Shown in pieces: positions 55,221-64,000 of a stretch of 64,000 nucleotides of DNA (its first letter is position 1; the number at the start of each line of letters is the position of its first letter). The stretch covers positions 62,001-126,000 of the IMG/VR virus record IMGVR_UViG_3300031707_000001, one strand, 5' to 3'. The position numbers were made by a program, and so were the translations under genes. The notes beneath the pieces are model-generated. The model saw only the letters and a list, made by a program, of their open reading frames with translations, was not told where the DNA came from and ran no database searches.

Positions 55221-55914
55221 TCCAACTGCCAGATTAGCATCCAATACCCCGTTGCCCGTCAAAGACGAACGGCTGATGCCAGAGGGTATTTCGGAAAAGG
55301 TAGATATGCTATGTCATATCCGGAAGACACCCGTTGTATTGTATGGTATCTTCCTAGAATTGACTCGACAGTTTTACTCCAATGCCGCTAATCTATCCAA
55401 CGACGTTTGCGCTACCTGGGACCCCGATCCAGCCAAGACTCAAATATGGCTTGATACAGAATACAATTGGGACGAGGCGGTAGTAGAATTTCGTCCAGCA
55501 ATCTATATCAAGTTGGGGCCTATAACCTATGCCTCGATTACCGGAAGGCATGACAGCCTTTACAGCATTGATCTTGAGCAAGGCGAATATCATTTTACAC
55601 GAAGTGGAACAGGCACTGCCATGTGGGTTCACGTTGCCACAACTAAATCCGAAGCCGTAACGCTTTCAGGCACAACATTGGACTACTTGGATGCGTTTTC
55701 CAAAATCATCAAGGAAGATTTCAAATTTCAAACGTTTGAACTCGTCCAGATGGGTAGTTTGGAGACAGAAAAGGAGTCCAGAGAGAGATACAGAAGTACG
55801 GTAACAATGTCGTTTTCATTCCAAGATGCCTGGTCCTTGAAGCTGGAAAGTCCGAAGTTAAAGAGAATAGTCTTTAACGCTGGACAAGCTTTGTTGGATC
55901 GTGGTATATTGTGA
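55213..55914 (+). CDS. putative tail terminator/completion protein
   Basis: RPAIYIKLG motif; directly upstream of the sheath gene. Confidence 0.5.
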   Translation: MSDPTARLASNTPLPVKDERLMPEGISEKVDMLCHIRKTPVVLYGIFLELTRQFYSNAANLSNDVCATWDPDPAKTQIWLDTEYNWDEAVVEFRPAIYIKLGPITYASITGRHDSLYSIDLEQGEYHFTRSGTGTAMWVHVATTKSEAVTLSGTTLDYLDAFSKIIKEDFKFQTFELVQMGSLETEKESRERYRSTVTMSFSFQDAWSLKLESPKLKRIVFNAGQALLDRGIL

Positions 55915-55954
55915 TGATTGAATGTTGAAAATTAACTCGTAAAGGAGTATTGAA

Positions 55955-58900
55955 ATGCCATACGTTCTACCACAAGTTCAGGTATTCCAGGAATTCCGTG
56001 TTCTTCCCTCTGTCGTGGTGAGGAACCTTAACGCCTTTGTGTTTGGCCCGCACTATCAGCTGTTCCGCTATGAAGAAGCAGCTGAGAAAGCATTGATCGG
56101 CCTGGGGGCATACGACAAGAGCAACGACACGGATTATTCTTATCCAAATTTGCCAAGTGGATCAACCGTTGATCAAAGCTACGTAAAGCTCTACATGGAA
56201 AACGTGTGGGCGCAGTACGCAGCCATTTCGGCAAGCAGCGCCAATCCCCTTAACGTAGTCAGCACAGCTGAGCTGAACAAGCTGCGTGCTGCACCCGTAA
56301 TCGGGGCATGCGTAGTTGGCACCAACGGCGGATCACCCATTGCGGGTGTAAATCCCGTTTCTGGTGGGTATCTTCGGGCTGGCGTCACAGCCGCAGAAGA
56401 CTACTATATGTGGCCTTACGGAGGTTGGGATGGCGGAGCCAGTGCATGGTCGGCTTCCAAGTTGGTTATGGCTGTGGACAGTGCCGCTCAGCAAGGCCGC
56501 ATGAAGTTCCTGACCAACACGGGCGCCAATGGCACATTCGTTGTTACAGGCAATGCTACGATGCCTCATTGGGATATTGGCCCGGCCGGCATTCGTCTTC
56601 AAATGGTAGCAGGTGTCGACAACGACATCCACGCTCCGGTTAAAGTCACTTTCGGTGATGGCGCCGGCAACGAATTGCTTGTTGAATTGGACGAGAGCAA
56701 GATGGCCACGCTAATTAACTGGGCCATCGATCTGCAGAAGCCAGTAAAGATCATAATCAACCTGGCAGCAGGAACAACGTCTATAGTTTGGGAAGCAGTT
56801 GCAGGCAGCAAAACGCTGACCGTTAATCTGAAGCCGGCAGACGCAACAACGTTGAACGGTTTGAAATCGGCGTTGGAAGGTATCAGCACTGTTGCTACCT
56901 ACTTCAACATCACGTTGACTGGTTCAGGCACGGGTGTTGTTAGTACAGCTGTAGATCAGGTTGGTACGGACATTTCGGCCGCAACGACTACGTTACTGCG
57001 TGATTCGTTCCGTATTCACGTCACGCCGAATCCTTACGTGTTCAAGACGGCAAACGGAGTCAATCACTCCGTACAGTTCTTCAACCGTGATGTGCAGGTC
57101 GGCGATCGGGTACGCTATACAGTAACGGACGGCAGTTCGGTGGTTCATACCGGTACAACCAAGGTTGTAGGGTTTGAAGCCGATCCGGCACTGGCCTATC
57201 TGGGCGATCCTACTCCAAAAGATACGAATGCAGCATCACAGGCTGCTGACGATCTTTCTGCAGTGGTTGCTTCGCTCGTTCCAGCAGCAGGCAATGCCCG
57301 CACAATGGATAACACAGGTGCAGGCGTTATTGCATTGGATGGTACAATCCAGCAATACCCGGTCGATTTGAAGAACGGTGTATTGAGCGAGAGCGTTACG
57401 ATCACGATTACCAAGGACGGTCTGAAGGACGTTGCTGAAGCCACGGTTGAAAGCGCCAGCGGAAACTATGTTCGTACAGGCGTAAAGATCGAAACTGGAG
57501 TCGGTGGCGATGATGGCGAAATCTACGTCGGACAGAATATGGTTGTGCGTTTCGTCCAGGGCGGAACCGATCCGGATGCAATATTCCAGGTTGGTGACGT
57601 CTATACGCTTGATCCCAAAGTCAAGGGCGGATACACGGTAATTGATAACCGCTTTGTGGTCAAAGGTGGCGCATATGCGGGTCCGATCGATACTACCTAT
57701 GTAGTTGAAGTCGTTCGTGGTGGAGTATTCAACCGGACAGTCAACGTGATTAAGGGTCTGCAGGACCCCTATCCCGCTGTAGCGGTGCTCAGTGCCAGCG
57801 TAAACTGGGATGATTGGTTGGGTGGTGATGTGGACGACGAATACGTATTGGTCTGCACATCAGCCGGTGACATTGCCAGTGCACAGTTCCACCTTAGCTC
57901 GCAGTTGGGCGAGTTGGAATCTGGCATCGTATTCGGTGTAGCAGCGACGGACATTGCCTTGGGTGATAAAGGCTTGATGGCACAGTTCGATGTTGATGAT
58001 ACCTTTTCAGTAGGCGACTACTGGATCATCAAGGTAAACGGCTGCCGTCCCCAGGTTAAGATATTCGATACGGCCGGCGTGGACACTGGTGGTTATTTCA
58101 CAGTGGAAGCCGGTGGTGTATTGGATCTGGGCGGATACGGCGGAACCATAACGTTCGAGGCAAACCTGAACGAATTGGGTGGTTTTGCTCCGGATGGTGG
58201 TCTGGTTGTCGGAGACGTATTCTACGTCGAAGCGGTTGCAGCAACTGACGGAGCAATCCGGACGTTGGTGCTTGCAGACGATCTGCCTTCAGAAGCAATC
58301 CCGGGTATCGACTCGGCAACAGATATGACCAATACAGCGCCCGATAAGTTTGGTTCGTGGTTGTATCTCGTACAGGCAACCACGGCGATCGAGTCTGAAC
58401 GTATTCAGTCTCCGCCAGATTACAACTGGTTGGCTGATGCTGGTGGCATAACCGTCTATAAGAACCTGCAAGTTCAGGATTCTTCTTGGACGAATTTGCT
58501 TGGCGAGATGATGTGGATGAATGTCTACAGTGCTGATATGTACGTTGAGTACAGAGCATTGCTGTCAACCTACACAGATACGCTGCATTTCATTGCAGAC
58601 ATCGCCAACGTGCCAACAGAGTTGGGCACCGTATCTCCGGATAATCCGTTGTCACAGGGTGTGTATAACGCTCTAAGCAACAGCGGAAACCGTGGCGTAT
58701 GGTACATGGGTGTTCCAAGCGTTGACCTGGCTGGTTTCAGCACGGTGCTGGATCGGGCCTCGTTGACTGATGAGGTTTATAACTTCGCTCCGTTAACACG
58801 AGATATGCAGATTCTCGATGCTGTAGAAGCGCACGTCAACGACATGAGTTCGGAATCGAACAAGCGTTGGCGTATTGCCTTCGTTGGTACAGATATGCCA

Positions 58901-59893
58901 ACGATTCATGCGGTCTACAACAAAGCGGACAATCCGGTCAACAAGGAATTCTATGCTTTGGTCAGCGATGATCCAAGCGTTCCTGGTACCCAATACACAG
59001 TGGTAACGTTCGTTCCGGCTTCTGGTGAAAGTTCGCCTTACACGAACTGCTTGGCAGACGTGAAGGCTGGTGACAAGGTCCGGATCAACTTTGCTACCGA
59101 TGCATGGGGTACAGCCAGCTATGAGGAATACACGGTGGCTTCAGTTTCGTCCAATACGCAACTGAAGTTGACAACGGGCCTCGCAGCCCCGGTGATCGTG
59201 GCAACAAAGATTGAAGTATGGCATCCATACAGCGTGGCTGAAATGGCTACAGCTGTGGCAGCCATCTCGTCTGGGTTTGCCAACCGCCGCATGTATCACG
59301 TCTTCCCGTCTCGCTTGGGCGCCTTTGGTGTCCAGGAGACAGCGGAATTCGGAGCAGCAGCAATTGCAGGGCTATGCAGTTCAGTGGCTCCGCAGCAGGG
59401 TCTAACGAATATCGAAGTAAACGGATTCGATGATCTGCCGATGGTGTACAGCATGTTCAATCGTGCTCAGCTTAATGAAATGGCTGGAGCAGGTACGTTG
59501 ATTATCATGCAGGACATCGCTGGTGGTACAATCTACGTCCGTCATCAGGTGTCGACGAAGGCCGCAGATGAAGACCTGAATACGACAGAACTGAGCATAA
59601 CAAAGAATCTGGACAGTATCAGTTACTTCTTTGACACTCGGTTGAAGCCGTATATCGGCCGGTTTAACATCACTCAGGCGTTGATCGATGTTATCGAAAC
59701 AGAGATTAACGATGGTTTGATGTACCTCGGCTCGCTCACGAGCGTGGGCTTGCTTGGGCCGCAGATCGTTCTGAACGGCACGTCGATCAGAAGTATTCAA
59801 CAGCATCCGGTGTTGCTGGATCACCTGATCGCATATGTGGACGTGGTACTGCCTTATCCGTTGAACGTGATGGAACTGCATTTGGTTGTATAA
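55955..59893 (+). CDS. contractile tail sheath protein (1312 aa)
   Basis: N-terminal PQVQVFQE; C-terminal PQQGLTN...LN..AGAG.LII.Q...YVRHQVST...ELSITKNLD...YIGRFNI. Confidence 0.8.
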   Translation: MPYVLPQVQVFQEFRVLPSVVVRNLNAFVFGPHYQLFRYEEAAEKALIGLGAYDKSNDTDYSYPNLPSGSTVDQSYVKLYMENVWAQYAAISASSANPLNVVSTAELNKLRAAPVIGACVVGTNGGSPIAGVNPVSGGYLRAGVTAAEDYYMWPYGGWDGGASAWSASKLVMAVDSAAQQGRMKFLTNTGANGTFVVTGNATMPHWDIGPAGIRLQMVAGVDNDIHAPVKVTFGDGAGNELLVELDESKMATLINWAIDLQKPVKIIINLAAGTTSIVWEAVAGSKTLTVNLKPADATTLNGLKSALEGISTVATYFNITLTGSGTGVVSTAVDQVGTDISAATTTLLRDSFRIHVTPNPYVFKTANGVNHSVQFFNRDVQVGDRVRYTVTDGSSVVHTGTTKVVGFEADPALAYLGDPTPKDTNAASQAADDLSAVVASLVPAAGNARTMDNTGAGVIALDGTIQQYPVDLKNGVLSESVTITITKDGLKDVAEATVESASGNYVRTGVKIETGVGGDDGEIYVGQNMVVRFVQGGTDPDAIFQVGDVYTLDPKVKGGYTVIDNRFVVKGGAYAGPIDTTYVVEVVRGGVFNRTVNVIKGLQDPYPAVAVLSASVNWDDWLGGDVDDEYVLVCTSAGDIASAQFHLSSQLGELESGIVFGVAATDIALGDKGLMAQFDVDDTFSVGDYWIIKVNGCRPQVKIFDTAGVDTGGYFTVEAGGVLDLGGYGGTITFEANLNELGGFAPDGGLVVGDVFYVEAVAATDGAIRTLVLADDLPSEAIPGIDSATDMTNTAPDKFGSWLYLVQATTAIESERIQSPPDYNWLADAGGITVYKNLQVQDSSWTNLLGEMMWMNVYSADMYVEYRALLSTYTDTLHFIADIANVPTELGTVSPDNPLSQGVYNALSNSGNRGVWYMGVPSVDLAGFSTVLDRASLTDEVYNFAPLTRDMQILDAVEAHVNDMSSESNKRWRIAFVGTDMPTIHAVYNKADNPVNKEFYALVSDDPSVPGTQYTVVTFVPASGESSPYTNCLADVKAGDKVRINFATDAWGTASYEEYTVASVSSNTQLKLTTGLAAPVIVATKIEVWHPYSVAEMATAVAAISSGFANRRMYHVFPSRLGAFGVQETAEFGAAAIAGLCSSVAPQQGLTNIEVNGFDDLPMVYSMFNRAQLNEMAGAGTLIIMQDIAGGTIYVRHQVSTKAADEDLNTTELSITKNLDSISYFFDTRLKPYIGRFNITQALIDVIETEINDGLMYLGSLTSVGLLGPQIVLNGTSIRSIQQHPVLLDHLIAYVDVVLPYPLNVMELHLVV

Positions 59894-59947
59894 TGATTTG
59901 TGGTGGCGGGGGTATATGCCTCCGCCACCCAATTAAGGAGAACTGAA

Positions 59948-60538
59948 ATGGCTGGACTAGGAAATGATATCTTTGGATATAAGAGACAGCCGAAGCCTTC
60001 TGGCGTATTCTCGTCTGAAGACTCCGTGTTGATCATCGGCGGCGGTAATAACCAATCAACGGACGTGAGTGCCAAGAACAAGCTGGGCTACCTTGTACAG
60101 AACTGGAACGTCAGTTATGCACAACAGGTCCAGGAACTGTTTGAACTTGGTTCGAACACCTTGTATTGGGCAAAGGGTCGCCCGGTTGGACAGGGGGCCC
60201 TGGGACGTGTACTGGGAGGCCAGGACGCTGAAGGATCAGGCGAAACCGACAGAGCCGGATTCATGCCACAGGAAGCTTACGACATTTGCGACGGTGGTGC
60301 AACAATGACGTTGCAGGCTCGTGGCGGCGCTTGCGAAACACCGATCAAATCTACGGATGGTGTACCTGTAGTTCAGGGTGGCCTGAAGAAGGGTATTGAG
60401 ATCACCATGTCGGGTGTAGTCGTAACAAGTATTGGATTCACGATGCAGGTTGGCGACGTCCGATTGTGGGAAAATATCACATGGCGTTTTGCCTTCATGA
60501 ATCTCAAGAGCAAGAACAATCTGCATCCGCAGACTTAA
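59948..60538 (+). CDS. tail tube protein
   Basis: LVQNWNVSYAQQVQELFELGS...GRP.G..LGRVLG; follows the sheath gene; AAGGAG RBS. Confidence 0.7.
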   Translation: MAGLGNDIFGYKRQPKPSGVFSSEDSVLIIGGGNNQSTDVSAKNKLGYLVQNWNVSYAQQVQELFELGSNTLYWAKGRPVGQGALGRVLGGQDAEGSGETDRAGFMPQEAYDICDGGATMTLQARGGACETPIKSTDGVPVVQGGLKKGIEITMSGVVVTSIGFTMQVGDVRLWENITWRFAFMNLKSKNNLHPQT

Positions 60539-60596
60539 TGTTTGGCTGATTACAGCATAGCTGGGGCCGAAATACGAAATCGTCCGTTTGAGCACT

Positions 60597-60633
60597 AACC
60601 CCAGCCTGGATACTTTCTAGGCTGGGGTTTTTC
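60597..60633 (+). terminator. intrinsic terminator after the tail tube gene
   Basis: AACCCCAGCCT/AGGCTGGGGTT followed by TTTCTTT. Confidence 0.75.
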
Positions 60634-60634
60634 T

Positions 60635-63124
60635 TTGGAGCCCGTATCGATGTGGTACGTAGATACATATCTTCGAGACTTAACTAATTCTCTGCCTCGT
60701 ACTGCCCGTGGCGGCAACCAATCTGAAAATATTGCCGCCCAGTCACAACATGAAGTGCTTTCGACCTATCCGGGGCAGTTGTTTTCCGGCGTAGTTACCC
60801 GAGCAGGTGCCGGCACATACGACGTAGCAGTGATGGTTTCCAAAGATGGAAAACCGATTGGCTGCAACGTTGTTTGCAGTACGGTTTCATATCTGCAAGG
60901 CACCTCAGACTGTCATCTTCCAACTGAAGGTTCGGAAGTTATCGTATTCAAGAGTTTCGAGAATACGGGGTACGGTGTGATTATAGGTACTGTACCGCCA
61001 TCAGATAAACTGTCACCTTTGAGCGCAGACAACAAGATGCCGCAAAGCTATGTGCATTTGTGGGATTGTGAACCGGGTGCCGGCGGAGGGACGGAAGCCG
61101 CATATGTTGTTCCGTTTCAAGATGCTAAGAATCCCGGATCTGTTAATGCCCACGCTGGACGGCCAAATGACATACTTCCAGGCAACCAGGCCTGGATTAA
61201 CGAGCAGGGCGTGGGGATGGCCGTCCTGAACCTCATATTGAGCCTTAAAGGCTCCGACAGGGCCCGAATAGACCTGTCCTGCCTGGATGATACCATAAGG
61301 CTTATATCGGGCTATTATAGGCATATACACGCCCAGGGAGAGGACCAGGTCTATAATGACGGAGGCCGGCTGACCCGGGAAGTGTACGGAACGTCAAATC
61401 AGTGGGAAAAATACGGGCAATCCAGTTTGGGACCCAACCTGTGGGCATATCAGAAAGACGATCCGGCATTCCTCGGAACCGCCCGGGAAGCCGTATGGGA
61501 GTCGGTAGCAGCACAGCCTTTGGCGTCCAAAAAACGTTTCCAGATCTTTACAGGTTACTTAGGCGATCTAATCAACCTGTTTATAGCTACACCTGATCCT
61601 ACCGTTAAGCAAGAGACCCAGGATAACGATTCTATGGATCAGGGCCTCATGCACACGCATATAGACGAGACAGGTAGAATGCAGGTTCGAAGTGCGTCTG
61701 GGATATCCATTGAGCGTTGCGATCGTATTCCGGTGCCCAAGAAAAAGCACGAACCGTGGGATCCGGAAGGCGACAAGATGGAGGATATAGATAAGGTTGA
61801 GGCAAAAGGTCCGTATGTCTTTACCAAGGATTATCCTGGGGCCCGGGCCTTACAAATGCAGAATGCCCGGGCCTGGCGCAACAAGCAGGCCTACCAGCGA
61901 CTGCATGAGCAGGCACAATCTTCCGGTCGTAAGGATTTCTATTTGCCGGAAGAAAAGGAGATGCGAACTCCCGACGATCTGGTTGACGAGGCCAATCAGG
62001 TTACGGCCGACTTCAGTAAGAATGCCAATCGCAAGGCGTATATCAATGTCGAGGACGATGGCAGTATTATCATGCGGGATGCTTGGGGCTCTGAGATCAT
62101 CATGGGCTATGGTGGTATTACCATCAACTGTGCCGGCAACATTATGATTCGAAGTGGACAGAGTACGGTAGTATTGGCCGGAAAAGACTTCATTGGCAAA
62201 GCTAAGAATTGCATGGACCTGTCAGCGACAGACAAGGATGTACGTATCAAGGCCGAGAACAATATGCAGATTCATGGCAAGGGTGTATTGGTGGAAAGTA
62301 CAGCTACGGTTGAATCTGCAGCAGCTGACAACCCTACTGGAGTTATTTTGAAGGCCAAAGATTCTCGTATCCTGGCAATCGGTAAGAAGGTGCATCTTGC
62401 CGGTAAGGAATCTGTGCTTGTTGACGGGAAAGACGATCAAGGCAAGATGCAAGGTAATATGTATGTGGCAGTGAAAGAATTCAATGTCATAGCTACAGAG
62501 ATGGCAAACGTTATAGCGGGCAAGGAAGCCGGGTTGCTTATGACGCCTCGTTCTGCCGCTCTCGCTGGCGGAGATGCTTCCCTTGTTGGTGGTGCCAACG
62601 TTGCCGTATTGCATGGTGCAAAGGCGTGGGTTCCTTTGTACGAAGCAGATATGACTAGTAATTTCTATGCGATCTTAGCACAATATTTCGTCACCATATA
62701 CAACATCTATATCACAGGAAACGGCTGGCTTGATCCGTTCAATCCTAGTAACCGGTACAACGTGGAGTTTTTGTTCCGTTCATCTTCAGAATATGGTACA
62801 TTACAAGCAATGACGTTGGAAGGCGCCAGTGAGTTTCATGTCTATCAGGCTACGTGGACTTGCTTGGCTAACCAACACCAATCGATGCTTTCAGGTGTTA
62901 CGGTTGTACCATGGAAAGAAAATAGTGTGAACGATACATATCCGTGGCCGGGTGCGGATATCTATGACAGAGAATCAGGATATGTAAAAGTCGATCCTGA
63001 ATCCAATAAGTCAAATATCGAGGATTTTCAAAACGAAATAGCAAAAATACGGAAGGAGGTTGTCAATCAGGTTGACAATCTCAAAGCAGTAGGATTCGAC
63101 GAATACGAAGTCGCACAAACATAA
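60635..63124 (+). CDS. gp5/VgrG-like baseplate spike protein
   Basis: OB-like HLPTEGSEVIVF and short beta-repeat region DDGSIIMRDAWGSEIIMGYGGITINCAGNIMIRSG. Confidence 0.55.
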   Translation: MEPVSMWYVDTYLRDLTNSLPRTARGGNQSENIAAQSQHEVLSTYPGQLFSGVVTRAGAGTYDVAVMVSKDGKPIGCNVVCSTVSYLQGTSDCHLPTEGSEVIVFKSFENTGYGVIIGTVPPSDKLSPLSADNKMPQSYVHLWDCEPGAGGGTEAAYVVPFQDAKNPGSVNAHAGRPNDILPGNQAWINEQGVGMAVLNLILSLKGSDRARIDLSCLDDTIRLISGYYRHIHAQGEDQVYNDGGRLTREVYGTSNQWEKYGQSSLGPNLWAYQKDDPAFLGTAREAVWESVAAQPLASKKRFQIFTGYLGDLINLFIATPDPTVKQETQDNDSMDQGLMHTHIDETGRMQVRSASGISIERCDRIPVPKKKHEPWDPEGDKMEDIDKVEAKGPYVFTKDYPGARALQMQNARAWRNKQAYQRLHEQAQSSGRKDFYLPEEKEMRTPDDLVDEANQVTADFSKNANRKAYINVEDDGSIIMRDAWGSEIIMGYGGITINCAGNIMIRSGQSTVVLAGKDFIGKAKNCMDLSATDKDVRIKAENNMQIHGKGVLVESTATVESAAADNPTGVILKAKDSRILAIGKKVHLAGKESVLVDGKDDQGKMQGNMYVAVKEFNVIATEMANVIAGKEAGLLMTPRSAALAGGDASLVGGANVAVLHGAKAWVPLYEADMTSNFYAILAQYFVTIYNIYITGNGWLDPFNPSNRYNVEFLFRSSSEYGTLQAMTLEGASEFHVYQATWTCLANQHQSMLSGVTVVPWKENSVNDTYPWPGADIYDRESGYVKVDPESNKSNIEDFQNEIAKIRKEVVNQVDNLKAVGFDEYEVAQT

Positions 63125-63134
63125 GGAGCAGGTC

Positions 63135-63842
63135 ATGGACCTAAAAGAAAAACTAGCAGAAAGACTGGCACAAGGTGGAGCAATTGGTTCAGCAGACGTG
63201 GCTGAATTTTCCACCCCTGCCAAAGATAAAAAAGAGGTTAGTGGTGATGTTAAAACGCCTCTAACCGAGAATGCCAAAAAGGATCCTATCCTGAAAGCAT
63301 CAAATGATGGCGGAGTTGCCAGGGCGTTGGCGGATGAAGTTTCAACGTCTGCAATTTCCGAACCTGTGGTAATTTCGGACAAGGATAGAGAGGCGTTCTT
63401 GGATGCCTTGGTATCAGGCGCCCGGTTCGAATTGCCTTTCGAACTATTCAGAGGAAAAATCAAAGGACGTTTTCGTTCCCGTACTCAAGCTGAGACAGGG
63501 GCCGTTATATCCTATGTCAGCTATGAATGTAGGAAAGAAAAGGTCATCACAGGTATTGAATATTCCAATCGCCTGCGTAATATGCTGCTAGCAACACAGG
63601 TGAAGGAACTCAATGGTTTGGCATTTCTACCATTGAAGGATCCGCTCTTACGCACTATGGATGGCGAAAAGGCTATTGAACCTGGGTGGTTGGATCAGGT
63701 AACATATTGGGAAAAGCAGGGTGATGGTTTGGTCAACGCAATTTACAAGGAATTGCAAATATTTGAGCGGAAGTATTGGACAATGGTCGACAACGCCGGA
63801 GATCAAAATTTCTGGAATCCCGCAGGATCTACCTCCAAGTAG
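63135..63842 (+). CDS. putative tail assembly chaperone with a -1 slippery site near its 3' end
   Basis: Position in the tail cluster; A AAT TTC at 63806-63812; -1 frame is open to the window end. Confidence 0.5.
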   Translation: MDLKEKLAERLAQGGAIGSADVAEFSTPAKDKKEVSGDVKTPLTENAKKDPILKASNDGGVARALADEVSTSAISEPVVISDKDREAFLDALVSGARFELPFELFRGKIKGRFRSRTQAETGAVISYVSYECRKEKVITGIEYSNRLRNMLLATQVKELNGLAFLPLKDPLLRTMDGEKAIEPGWLDQVTYWEKQGDGLVNAIYKELQIFERKYWTMVDNAGDQNFWNPAGSTSK

Positions 63843-64000
63843 CGACTCTCCTGCGGGCAAGCCATGCTCCATTACAATTTGAGCATAGACACTCAGCATT
63901 GAGTATGCAGCTGAGAATGGACGTACACGAGTCGGTACTGTACCAGGAAGCCGGGCTAAGTTACATGATAGCCCTGGCGGCCTTGCATGCTCATGAAGAT

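Noticed and set aside
59900-59947. Track start of the tail tube ORF at 59900
   Set aside because: This stretch is a GGTGGCGG/CCGCCACC hairpin plus the AAGGAG RBS; ATG 59948 is the better start.
1-64000. Stop-codon reassignment (alternative genetic code)
   Set aside because: Long conserved genes (RNA polymerase, sheath, ligase) are uninterrupted under the standard code, and TAG, TGA and TAA all serve as stops.

Overview
A 64 kb, almost entirely plus-strand segment of a large contractile-tailed (myovirus-like, probably jumbo) phage genome, read with the standard genetic code. Bases 1-20,100 are an accessory/early region. It holds many small ORFs, an ATP-dependent DNA ligase, a DHH phosphoesterase, a SleB-type cell-wall hydrolase and a four-member Cys-rich paralogue family. 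It also holds an RNA-biology island: two tRNA-like genes with homologous inserts in the anticodon arm, a run of motif-sharing small stem RNAs upstream of a DUF2828 (TROVE/Ro60-like + vWA) gene, and a stand-alone Cas7-like RAMP gene. The RAMP gene is followed by an ~835 nt array of NNN-GY pentamers punctuated roughly every 31 nt by an NNN-RGT hexamer and bounded by hairpins; this is the strongest candidate for a novel RNA-guided system. Bases 20,200-64,000 are the virion/transcription module: putative portal, a set of internal-head proteins sharing a GF..KC..G+DP..KxA leader, a multisubunit RNA polymerase arranged as a beta+beta'(N) fusion plus a separate beta'(C), protease, scaffold, decoration, major capsid, neck, sheath, tube, spike, a chaperone-like gene with a -1 slippery site, and two antisense HNH endonuclease genes. 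All family assignments come from motif recognition by eye; no database searches were run.
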